Shown here: one piece after another, positions 23,109 through 33,491 of the stretch
Layout: the number at the start of each line of letters is the position of its first letter
Numbering within the stretch: the first letter of the stretch is position 1
From: Amphiscolops sp. MND2022
Taxonomy: Eukaryota
Assembly: GCA_964187785.1 (NCBI GenBank)
Contig: OZ076409.1
Span: 2,978,001-3,042,000, forward strand
Reading direction: 5' to 3'
DNA: 64,000 bases
Made by a program: the position numbers and the translations under genes
Notes under the pieces: generated by a model
What the model saw: the letters and a program-made list of their open reading frames with translations, nothing else
Databases searched by the model: none
What the model was told of the DNA's origin: nothing

Positions 23109-24479
23109 CTGTAAGAGGAAACATGATAGCGCTAATCGTTGATTAACGAGAACGAGAACAAACATTTCATGTGTCATAATAATCGTTTTGAAATCACAAA
23201 CGTACTATAGTCAATAATTTTAAATTGCTACTGCTTTCAGGAGTTTTTTAAAGCTCTTTCTGATTTTTTTGATTGAAAATCTTAAAATTGATAAAACTGG
23301 GAACCTTTGAAATTAATCCTGGAATCCAATTTCATACGAGAGCCATTTTACACATTGCAGTGTTTCAGTCACCGAAAAAAAAACAAAAAAAAACAAAGAA
23401 AGAATATTCTTTAGATCTTATGCTAAAATAACTCTTGGTAGAATATATTTTTTTCACTACGAAAGGTTGAACAAAAATTGACGAAAACCCACTACTGTAT
23501 AATACAGTTCCAAAAATGAAGGTTCAGCCAGACGAAAAACTGAAATTACCCAGAATTTTTTTTACTGAAACCCAAAATGATCAAGAAAACTTTGTTATAG
23601 TTTATTGTAACATATGCGACTAGAAACTAGAGCACTTTGACCTCTGAAACTAATGAGTTATTGCAACTTGGGACCATGTGTCTTAGTTCTTCCCAGGTAC
23701 ACCTTGATTCGCATTTCAGTCAACACGAAAACACGTTTTATTTCTCAAATAAATTTTGCACGAATAAAAGAAATTTATATGGTTACAAATACTGGAGGAA
23801 TTGTCTCTACAGCTGTTTTGACATTTCCAGCAAAAAAAATTACCTTGATTTTTTTTGATATTATTGTTAAAAGTAGCAAACTTTCTTGCCTAGAGCAAGC
23901 CAAAATCGTATAGAAAGGCCACTATTTTAACGCAAACTTTCCCCGCCGTAAAATAACTTGAGCCACTTTTAACTGTGAGTCAATGTGAAAGAAGAAATGA
24001 TGTCAAAATTTTTATTGCACCGGAATTGCAACGCAAGGTATGTCGATATAATAGTATTTGAACCTTTTTTCCGTTTCCCCCATTGAATGTACGTCAACAC
24101 TTTTTGGACCATTCCATGTTAACGCTACAATTGTTTTTGCCATAAAGACAACAGTTGATTTACTCAAACCCAAATCCGTTGCAATGTTTTCAAGATTATC
24201 CGCTGATAGAGTTTTTGACATGGTTTATCATCTCTTTTCAAACGTGTGCATTTTCAAACGTTCAACATACAAAGAATCTGTATGGGACCTGGAAATGAAC
24301 AATGAAATCGAATCATGCAATGTTGTGAGATGGTCCAAAACGTTTTGACTCGCTTTTCGCTGACAGGTCCAAAGCGAACACATCTTTTAGAGTGGTCCAA
24401 AGCGTTTTGACTCAAAAAGAATCATGGTTCGAATTTCTACTCAATGTTATCATGCAAGTGAAGTGATAAAACTACTCAC

Positions 24480-24710
24480 AGTTAGGTGGTTGAGGAGTGA
24501 ATACTCCACCGGCTTGCCACTCACGTCCCCGTCCACCGCCAGAATCTCTCCCCCCTGGAAGATCACGTGACCCGTGGGGGCGTCCTCCGACACACTGGCA
24601 CTGTACCTGGCCTGCTGGAACACAGGGGGCAGGTCGTTGGCATCCACTATAGACACCTGCACAGAGGCACTGGACACCATGTCCAAGTTGTCCGGGTTGT
24701 AGGCTATCAC
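24480..24710 (-). CDS. Cadherin exon J (VIAYNPDN...DANDLPPVF...YSLLNHLT)
   Basis: ttccag acceptor, gtgagt donor, 231 bp. Confidence 0.92.
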
Positions 24711-24713
24711 CTG

Positions 24714-24791
24714 GAACATGTTTGAACACGTTCGAGCACGTTTGAACACGTTTGAATTTGTTTGAACATGGTTGAACACGTTTGAGCACGT
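24714..24791. repeat. 10-bp tandem repeat (TTTGAACACG)n at the acceptor of exon J
   Basis: About 7-8 imperfect copies. Confidence 0.85.
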
Positions 24792-25040
24792 CCGTGAAGG
24801 AGAATAGGGTAAACAGAAAAGCAATTTCTCTGAAAATTGTTCTGGATCTATTTCATTCAAGGGTTCGTCATTCTAAGATCATAAATAACCCCCCACCCCC
24901 CAAGAATTTCAGTTTTCGACAATTTTATGCAACTTTGAGACAAGTTTTGGATTTTTGATTCACTCTTATGAACTTTCAAACTTTGCTTATTCTTGCGATG
25001 TCTGAACAAAAAAGTAGCACGCAATTTGTTTAAGCTTTAC

Positions 25041-25104
25041 CTGCAAAGAAGCCAATTGTGTCGTCTCAGCATCCAGTTTTGAGGACACAGATATTTTGCC
25101 GGTG
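25041..25104 (-). CDS. Cadherin exon I (TGKISVSSKLDAETTQLASLQ)
   Basis: tttttcag acceptor, gtaaag donor, 64 bp, phase 2 to 0; follows a 22.7-kb intron containing the 18-kb element. Confidence 0.88.
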
Positions 25105-25280
25105 CTGAAAAATGGGAAAATTGAAAAATAGTAACCAACCGACATCAGATGGTTGTCAAAATCACTCATCTCCATCTAACGAACGGTTCGTATGACGTAG
25201 TAAAGTAAATTGCACGATAGTTTAGATAACGATGCTCATTTTCTTACTGTTCTTGTATATTTAGTCCTCTGTAAATTAGT

Positions 25281-25698
25281 TGTGATGCCATGATGCATGT
25301 CCTCAAAGATTTTATAAATCTGAAATACTCTGAACTCTTAACAAAAGAAATTAGTAAATCTAATTGAATCTAGAAACCAATTATTCTAGAAGAAACTTCT
25401 TTTAATATATCCTGTACCAAGCTTCCCCAATTCATCCTGTTGATGTCACATTGTAATTGATGAAACCTACCCTAGTTAATAGAATATATCTACTCGGAGA
25501 AATTGAGAATTCTTCCTAGCAATCAGTCTTCTTCCAGCACTTCAAGAACTGAGATCTCAGAAATAGATTGTACTCTGAACTAGCTAGCTACCAAGTATCA
25601 GATAAAAGATAAGACGACTCTGCTGTTAAAATCTTAGACTTCTTATGTCAGTTCTAACTCGTATAAAAGAAACAACTACTAAAACTTTTAACAGCTCA
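25281..25698 (+). repeat. 5' LTR of the giant element
   Basis: TGTGA...GCTCA; identical by eye to 42886-43303. Confidence 0.96.
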
Positions 25699-25700
25699 AT

Positions 25701-25712
25701 TGGTGCGACCAA
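25701..25712 (+). promoter_or_regulatory. Putative primer binding site (TGGTGCGACC...), tRNA not identified
   Basis: TGG 2 nt downstream of the 5' LTR. Confidence 0.6.
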
Positions 25713-26419
25713 GAAAATTCTTCTTTCTCTCCCATTTATTTCACATATCTACAATTGTTGTACACCTTTTCTCAACTTTCTCATCCGATATCTCTTTGTT
25801 CGACACACAGTCTCTCCACCTCTCAATATTGCATACCGTTATTAACTTCAACGTTGCAACCAATTTCTACTTGAAATTGATCCGTGTTGCTATGGTTCTG
25901 ACTGCGTTCATCAACGTAATTCCTGTCAGTCATACTTCTTGGTTCTGACTACGTTTCTTCACGTAATTCCTGTCCGTTAAATTTTTCGTTCCAACCACCT
26001 CTGAGTGAATTCGTGTTGGCTTTCTTCCTCTCTCTTTCTTTCGTTCCAACCGCAGACGTGCGATACGTGTTGGCCCTTCTACAGTGCTATCCAGCGATTC
26101 CTGCTAGTAGAAATCTTTTTGGTTCTAGCCGCTTGGATCAACTTTAAAGTTGGCACACCTATAAAACACATATTTTTACATAACATAATTATAATACTTT
26201 TCTTATTCTCTCTTCTATAATACCAACCCCATACAAAACTCCTTTGAAACTCTCTTACGGATCCAAATATATAACAATTAAAATATATAATACATAATAA
26301 TCTAAATATATAACATATATCACATCTTTCTTTATATAACTTTCATTTTTTCATACAACTATATACAACAAATTCCTGTACAACCTTTTTGACAAACTTT
26401 AAATAAAACTTTATTGTAT

Positions 26420-26542
26420 ATGCCGCCTTCAGTAGACACTATAGTTAAACTTATTGTCTGCTTTTGGTTTTTTGTTGCTATCATTGCCGGTCTTGCACTT
26501 TTTCTAGACAAATTTTTAATTTCATTCATACCAAAATTTTAA
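26420..26542 (+). CDS. 40-aa hydrophobic upstream ORF (MPPSVDTIVKLIVCFWFFVAIIAGLALFLDKFLISFIPKF)
   Basis: ATG to TAA read by hand; one TM-like stretch; coding status unproven. Confidence 0.35.
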   Translation: MPPSVDTIVKLIVCFWFFVAIIAGLALFLDKFLISFIPKF

Positions 26543-26561
26543 AGTACAATCTTTTTCTTCT

Positions 26562-26801
26562 ATGTTAACAAGTATAGTACTACCTCTTTTTGGACTACTT
26601 AGTATATACCACACTTTCAAAATACTTATCCAATATATACAAAACCCACTTCTTCTTTTCATAAGTATTGTACTTACTATTTTTCTACAAGTTATTTTTA
26701 TAGATCAAATTTTACCATATAATTCACAGTTCAATACAAAATATCTTCTTTTCCGATACATCTATCCTTTATGGCAATCCTATTGTACTAATCAAACTTA
26801 A
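26562..26801 (+). CDS. 79-aa hydrophobic upstream ORF
   Basis: ATG ORF with two hydrophobic stretches, ending 9 nt before the gag ATG. Confidence 0.35.
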   Translation: MLTSIVLPLFGLLSIYHTFKILIQYIQNPLLLFISIVLTIFLQVIFIDQILPYNSQFNTKYLLFRYIYPLWQSYCTNQT

Positions 26802-26810
26802 TATCATATA

Positions 26811-29800
26811 ATGCTCCCCACTCCATTTACACTCTCTACTGATAAAAGACAAAATCGATCTCTTATACAATATGTAACACCTTTTCTACAAAATATTATC
26901 TTTCAGTACACTAACCCACTTCCATTTGAAACAGAACCCCATATATTACACACTATTCCATTAATACGAGAACATTGTGATTCCTACTTATATTATATCC
27001 AATATAAAACACTTGACATAACACCATCACAAACCCCTTTCCAAGTTATTTTTAATCCTGTTAAAGGAATAAACTCTGGAACATTTTATAGAACTATACA
27101 TCCACAGAATATTACACTTTCTATACAAGATGTTTTTCGCACATACATGCAAAAACTCATTGAATTCAATGAACACCAAGACATACCACCTTATCGTCCT
27201 TCTCATTTACAAGAACTCAAACACTTATCTGAATATTTCGAGGTCCCTGATCTTGACACAAAAGTTCAAAGACATGGTAACCCTCATTATTGGCTACAAC
27301 GAGATATATTACAAATAAAGAATTTCGAGTTTAAATTCTTTACAAAAATTACCCTTACAGATGACACTATACCTCAAGTCAAAATTTTTACACATTTCTT
27401 ATTAAAATTCTTTAGATTTAACTACCAATTACTTTGGGAACAAAAAGACCAAAACGCTTATACTAACTTCCCAAAAGCATTAACAGATATAGAACTCTTA
27501 CCATACATCATAGACAATAAAAACAAACACTCACATTACATTGATCTTACTTCATTAAATGTTACACATTTTGAACAAATAAACCTAGATCACAACTTTG
27601 TACTTGAACATTCTGAAACGTCAGATAGTAGACCTTATATTACATCTGATACTTTATATCACACAACTCTTCCAACACAAACATTTAATGTTGAACCTCC
27701 ATATATCAGACAACAATCAGAACAATCAGAACAAGAATCTATAACACAAGAAACACTTGTTCATCTTTTTCAAAATCCTGATTCTCCTCAAGAACAATCA
27801 TCACAGCCACCACAATCACAAACCTCTGATACGCGACACCCAAATCCGTCTGAAACACATACACTTCCCAATACATCAGAATTTTCTGACGAAACAGTAC
27901 AAAATCCACAAAGTTTTACAATAACTGAAGACTCCAATCTTATAACAATTCCTACCCATAATATCACCCAAAGGACTACAAATCAGAATCAAGACAACCC
28001 TTCAAATATCATTACAGACAATACTTCTGTTTTATCTCCATATAATACTAACATTACACAACCCTCTCAGACACAAATAATACCTCCTCGAAATTATGAT
28101 CCACCTCCTATTCCATCTCAATTCTCAGCTCAAATAAATACTCATGTCTCTCCTCAACCAAGCTCATCAAATACACACTCTATTACACAGAACAATAATA
28201 CAGTACATTTCCAAACACCAACTCCACCTTCATCTTCTGAAATACAAACTTCAACTTATACTCCAGCTCAAACTAACCCAGTACAAACTACACAGCCTAC
28301 CTTAAATATTAACACAATTCATTCTAACCCGCTCTCTAACTATACTACAGCCAGACATCTGTCTCGGCCTCCATTACAACCTATATTAACTGACCCATTA
28401 TCATACAATCTCACCAGTACCAATCCAAGTCATACCCAACAATGTCAAATAAATTATAACACACACAACCAATTAAACACTCTTTCTTCCCAGCATACAT
28501 CTAATACAATCCCTCCTACATTACAAACCTCTCACTTTCAAATATCAAATCCTCCTTCAACAACAATTAGAACTAACCCTCACTTTCATAATACTTCAAC
28601 TATCCCTTCAACTAATATTTCAAATCATCCTACATACAATACAACACCTCCATCTACTATGTCTCATAACACTATGTCACATCCAACATATATTAACTCT
28701 TCTACTTCTATATCAGAACCCATTAAACCTTTTGATGGACTCGATCACAACTATACACCTGAAGAATATTTACAACATATTGAGGCACGTGTTACATTCT
28801 CCTTAGGTTTACAACCTACATCAGAACATGAATATAAATTTTGGCACGCTCGCGGCATGGCTTTCATACAATGCTCTTTAACAGGTACAGCACTAAGCTG
28901 GTACATCCGTTTAAACGACACTTATAAACATGATTGGCACGCTTTCGTACAAGCTTTCAAAAAACAATTTTCCTCACAAAAGAACGCTTATTACGCTCAA
29001 GTTGAAGCCCTTAATTTAACAAAGAAAGATAATGAAACAGTACGTCATTTTGCACTCAAAGTTCAACAACTGGTTGAAAAAGGCTGGTGTAATGAGAATG
29101 CATCTACTATAAACCTTAAATGCAATGAAATCTTTACAAAAGGACTTCCAAAAACCCTTAAAGACTTTGCAAATAAAAGACAAGTAAAACACACCTCCAC
29201 TGTCTTAGAACCTTCAATTCCTTTCCATACCTTGGTAAAACTTGTTGACGCTGAGGATATTGCAAACGACAAAATTAGAACACATGATCTTGCACTTGAA
29301 ATCAATAATATTACAAAACAATTGAACACTCAAACCCTAGATCACCCATCTCAAGAACAACTTATGTATACACAACCCAAAGACCCAAATAACAAAAATA
29401 AACCTGCATATAAAAAATACTGCTCATACTGTCATAGAACAAATCACTCCATTTCTGCTTGTTTCAAAAAACAACGAGATGACGAAGATAAACGAGAAGC
29501 ATATGCTCGATCAAAATCTCCACAAAAATCATTCGTTCAGTACTTTCGTTCTCCTTCAAATGACAAAACAAAACACTATGATAATCGATATCGAAGTCGA
29601 AGTACTTCACGAGATAACTCTTATAACCAAAAATATTCACAAGATCGATACCGTTCTACATCTCGAGATAGAGACCGATTTCGTTATGATAAAAGTACTA
29701 CTCCTCCACATTACTCCAGATCCAGATATGACACATATAAACGTGATTCTCGATCTTACCGTTCTCCTTACAGATCTTCTTATAGATCTCCCTATAGACA

Positions 29801-32800
29801 AAATTCTCGTCCTAGATACAGATCACGCTCCTATTCAAGAGATGACAAATTTAACAAATACACAAATTCATATAGACCACCTTCTAGACCAAGAAACTCT
29901 CGATTTTCCAGATCCCGATCACACTCAAATTCTAGAAATAAAATCAATATAATACAACAACAAGAGCAAACAGACCCTATCAAATTTGAAGTACACATGT
30001 ATCACCCAACAGCAATGGCAAATGCTGTCACACCTACAAGCTGGTTTTATACTCTATATGTACACACCCCATCAAGTATAGTACAAAGAGACAACCCATC
30101 TAGATTAGAAATTGCATTCCTCCTAGATAGCGGTGCTTCCATTTCTGTACTCAATTATCCAACATACATAACTCTTACAAAACTTCTCGATATCAGACCA
30201 AATCACACCTCTGATGTCGGACCAACTAGAAATTCCAAAACACTAACTGTTGCAAACCAAACTGAAGTTCCTATTTTACATTATGCAAATATCATTCTGA
30301 ACACCACTATTGACGAAAACTCTCGATACTTTTCAGTACCCTTCGCAGTAGCTGATATTAAATACAATATCCTTGGTACACCATTCTTCGAAGACAATAT
30401 ACAAAACATAAACATACAAGACTTTACACTCGAATTTAAATACCAATCAAAAACACACCCAAATTATGCAAAATTTACAACACTTCTATCTAAAGATTAT
30501 CCATACTTCTCTTACATTTATAGAATTAACTCAAAAACTCAAATACGTCTAAAACCCAAATCTTCCAAAATTGCACACTTTCGGATCAAAAATTATCATA
30601 ATCTTCATTTTACAACTACACCACAAAACCACTTCTTTCCTTCAGTACCTCATACCTATTTTGCTACCAAATTCCGTACAAATTTCAATTTCATTGAAGT
30701 TTTTACAGACGACAAGCCAGACATATGTGCAACTATTATTCAAAACACTTCAAAACATATTGCAACGCTACCTACAGGACATATTGGATACATCGAAGTT
30801 CCAATTACTAATGAAAAACCTAAATTCTTCCAAGTTAACGACATTAATACTTTAATACATAATGTTACTCATACTTATCATCCTGATATTACCGAACCAC
30901 TTCCACAGACCAATTATATTGTACAATATGATGATCCTACAACCCCTCCTCCACAATTCTCTCTACATCAAATTTATATGACAAATGACAACATTCCAAA
31001 CCAAACTTCTCCTCTATATAACGTTCAGCCTACTTCTCATACCTCAGAAAAACGCATTTTCCCTTCTCTTCCATATACTTCTGAAAATCTGAAATTTATT
31101 AACAAATTTAATTTCCAATTTTCTGATCTTACAGACTCAGAATACATTACTCTTTGCAATATGCTACTCAAATATAAAACATGTTATGCAACCCATAAAA
31201 ACGATGTTGGAAAAATTTCAACACCCTTTCGTATACGACTTAAACCAAATGCTCAACTTATGACACAACGTCCTTCCAAAGTTCCTATTCATTATCGAGA
31301 CAAATTAAATGCACTTCTCAAAGAACTTGAAAAATATAACATTATTAAACAAATTGGCTCTTCTCCTCAAGACAAACCCGTTTATGGCACAACTTATTTA
31401 AATCCTCTTATTATAATCCCCAAGGGAGATACAATAAAATGTGTATTAGACGCCCGACATCTTAATTCCAATACAGAACAATCTGATGAATCTTGGCCTA
31501 TTGAACCTCTTGCTCCACAACTAGCACGCGCAAACAAAAAGTACAAATCTGCTATTGACCTTATGTATGCCTATGCACATACACCTCTTGACGAAGATAC
31601 TATAAAACTTACTAGCTTCTCTTCAGGAGACAAACTTTTCGCTTTCATACGAGGCTTTTATGGTCTCAAAGGACTACCAAATTTCTTTACAAAACAAATG
31701 TCTACATTCTTTAAAACTCTTATAGAACAAGGTTTCGCGCTTGTCTACATTGACGATATATTACTTTTATCCGACTCTAAAGAACACATGTTTCAACTCA
31801 TAGAACAATTACACATTATCAGTACAAAAAATAATCTTAAACTAGCCCCTGAAAAATCCTTTTTCATGCTCCTCAAAGTCAAATTCCTTGGACATGAAAT
31901 TGGTTACAATACAATTAAACCAATTCATTCAAAAATTGCAGCTATTCATAAGATCCCTTCTCCAACTGGCAAAGTTGCCTTAATGAGTTTCATTGGCGCA
32001 CTCAATTTTTACACCAAATTTATTGAAAAACTACATATTAACCTCAAACCGTTTTACGATCTTTTACATGAAAACACTCCTTGGAAATGGACAGACGAAC
32101 ACGAAAGTCTATTCCAAAAACTTAAAATGTCTCTCACTTCTGAAACAGAATTAACAATACCGAACACAAAACATCCATTTTTCATTACAGTTGACGCTTC
32201 CCTTATTGGATTAGGCGCTGTCTTATTCCAGTTAAATGAACAAAACAAAATGAAAGTCATATCGTACAACTCTCGTATACTTAACCCACAAGAACAAAAA
32301 CTCTCCACACTTGATAGAGAACTCCTTGGTATAGTACACGCACTTCAAATCTATGAATTTCTTATCATAGGTTCTCCACATCCAATACACATTTTCACTG
32401 ATCACAAACCTTTATTACATTGTTTTACAAAGAAAGGTAATCTCAGCCCTCGTTTCTATAGAGCTCAAATGCAATTGACAAAATTTTCAAAACTCAAAAT
32501 AATTCACACCCCTGGAAAAAATCTCTCTGTTGCTGATGTGTTGAGTCGCTCATTCACAAAAGCTGAATTACAACTTAACCAATTAAAACATAAACACCTC
32601 CCACCACAAATCGATTTTGCACTTTTACAAGATAACACTCTCAAACGTGTACATTACTTAATAAAACATGAAGAAATTTTACCTCATCAAAAACATGACT
32701 CTCATCCAATTCTTGCTGATTATGGTACAGATCAATTCTCTATTCGTATCAATGATAAAGGAAATGACATTATTGTAAAACCCTTACAATCTTTCTCCTT

Positions 32801-33491
32801 CAAATCTGTAACTCCTTTTCAAACCAAATTTAAGACACCTACAAAAAAGAATAACAAAACCCTTCATCAACAATCTCTCTTACTCAATGATACTGACGTT
32901 ACAAGTGATGACGAAGATCATATTTACACCAGAATTCCAAAATCTGACTCTTCCTTCTCACAAGATACTACACTACAAACAGAAAATTATTCTACTCTTA
33001 AACAACCAAGTCACAACACTTCACAGAAATCAATTTCTGCAATAAATGTACAACCAAATTTACCATCTCTCACACACTGTCAACAAATTATACCTTTTTA
33101 TGATACATCATTTTTTAAGTACAAAAACTATTTTCAAGGTTTCTTCCTTCCAGATGATTACTCATTGGACATAAAAACTCTCCAACAACAGCAATCCCAA
33201 GATCCGGTTCTTAGAACTGTTTATTCTTGGTTACTAAACAATGAAAAACCCGAATTTATAACACCTCTTATCACTGGTACTCCATTTCTACATGTATATT
33301 ACAAAAGATTTTCACAACTTTTCATTGATGAATCCACTAATCTTATTAGTCTGTATATTACAAACCCCACTGTTAATAACCAATCCTCTACTCCAAATTT
33401 TGTACTACAGATACTATTCGCATATGCCTACCTTTCCGACTGTTTAAAACTGTCTTTAACAAACTTCATGAACATTCTCACACTGGTATGA
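26811..33491 (+). CDS. Gag-PR-RT-RNase H polyprotein (2226 aa) of the giant element
   Basis: Capsid-like IKPFDG region, CCHC knuckle CSYCHRTNHSISAC (29421-29462), RS-rich tract, protease LLDSGAS (about 30126), RT YIDD (31746), RNase H VDAS/TDHKPL/ADVLSR. Confidence 0.96.
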   Translation: MLPTPFTLSTDKRQNRSLIQYVTPFLQNIIFQYTNPLPFETEPHILHTIPLIREHCDSYLYYIQYKTLDITPSQTPFQVIFNPVKGINSGTFYRTIHPQNITLSIQDVFRTYMQKLIEFNEHQDIPPYRPSHLQELKHLSEYFEVPDLDTKVQRHGNPHYWLQRDILQIKNFEFKFFTKITLTDDTIPQVKIFTHFLLKFFRFNYQLLWEQKDQNAYTNFPKALTDIELLPYIIDNKNKHSHYIDLTSLNVTHFEQINLDHNFVLEHSETSDSRPYITSDTLYHTTLPTQTFNVEPPYIRQQSEQSEQESITQETLVHLFQNPDSPQEQSSQPPQSQTSDTRHPNPSETHTLPNTSEFSDETVQNPQSFTITEDSNLITIPTHNITQRTTNQNQDNPSNIITDNTSVLSPYNTNITQPSQTQIIPPRNYDPPPIPSQFSAQINTHVSPQPSSSNTHSITQNNNTVHFQTPTPPSSSEIQTSTYTPAQTNPVQTTQPTLNINTIHSNPLSNYTTARHLSRPPLQPILTDPLSYNLTSTNPSHTQQCQINYNTHNQLNTLSSQHTSNTIPPTLQTSHFQISNPPSTTIRTNPHFHNTSTIPSTNISNHPTYNTTPPSTMSHNTMSHPTYINSSTSISEPIKPFDGLDHNYTPEEYLQHIEARVTFSLGLQPTSEHEYKFWHARGMAFIQCSLTGTALSWYIRLNDTYKHDWHAFVQAFKKQFSSQKNAYYAQVEALNLTKKDNETVRHFALKVQQLVEKGWCNENASTINLKCNEIFTKGLPKTLKDFANKRQVKHTSTVLEPSIPFHTLVKLVDAEDIANDKIRTHDLALEINNITKQLNTQTLDHPSQEQLMYTQPKDPNNKNKPAYKKYCSYCHRTNHSISACFKKQRDDEDKREAYARSKSPQKSFVQYFRSPSNDKTKHYDNRYRSRSTSRDNSYNQKYSQDRYRSTSRDRDRFRYDKSTTPPHYSRSRYDTYKRDSRSYRSPYRSSYRSPYRQNSRPRYRSRSYSRDDKFNKYTNSYRPPSRPRNSRFSRSRSHSNSRNKINIIQQQEQTDPIKFEVHMYHPTAMANAVTPTSWFYTLYVHTPSSIVQRDNPSRLEIAFLLDSGASISVLNYPTYITLTKLLDIRPNHTSDVGPTRNSKTLTVANQTEVPILHYANIILNTTIDENSRYFSVPFAVADIKYNILGTPFFEDNIQNINIQDFTLEFKYQSKTHPNYAKFTTLLSKDYPYFSYIYRINSKTQIRLKPKSSKIAHFRIKNYHNLHFTTTPQNHFFPSVPHTYFATKFRTNFNFIEVFTDDKPDICATIIQNTSKHIATLPTGHIGYIEVPITNEKPKFFQVNDINTLIHNVTHTYHPDITEPLPQTNYIVQYDDPTTPPPQFSLHQIYMTNDNIPNQTSPLYNVQPTSHTSEKRIFPSLPYTSENLKFINKFNFQFSDLTDSEYITLCNMLLKYKTCYATHKNDVGKISTPFRIRLKPNAQLMTQRPSKVPIHYRDKLNALLKELEKYNIIKQIGSSPQDKPVYGTTYLNPLIIIPKGDTIKCVLDARHLNSNTEQSDESWPIEPLAPQLARANKKYKSAIDLMYAYAHTPLDEDTIKLTSFSSGDKLFAFIRGFYGLKGLPNFFTKQMSTFFKTLIEQGFALVYIDDILLLSDSKEHMFQLIEQLHIISTKNNLKLAPEKSFFMLLKVKFLGHEIGYNTIKPIHSKIAAIHKIPSPTGKVALMSFIGALNFYTKFIEKLHINLKPFYDLLHENTPWKWTDEHESLFQKLKMSLTSETELTIPNTKHPFFITVDASLIGLGAVLFQLNEQNKMKVISYNSRILNPQEQKLSTLDRELLGIVHALQIYEFLIIGSPHPIHIFTDHKPLLHCFTKKGNLSPRFYRAQMQLTKFSKLKIIHTPGKNLSVADVLSRSFTKAELQLNQLKHKHLPPQIDFALLQDNTLKRVHYLIKHEEILPHQKHDSHPILADYGTDQFSIRINDKGNDIIVKPLQSFSFKSVTPFQTKFKTPTKKNNKTLHQQSLLLNDTDVTSDDEDHIYTRIPKSDSSFSQDTTLQTENYSTLKQPSHNTSQKSISAINVQPNLPSLTHCQQIIPFYDTSFFKYKNYFQGFFLPDDYSLDIKTLQQQQSQDPVLRTVYSWLLNNEKPEFITPLITGTPFLHVYYKRFSQLFIDESTNLISLYITNPTVNNQSSTPNFVLQILFAYAYLSDCLKLSLTNFMNILTLV

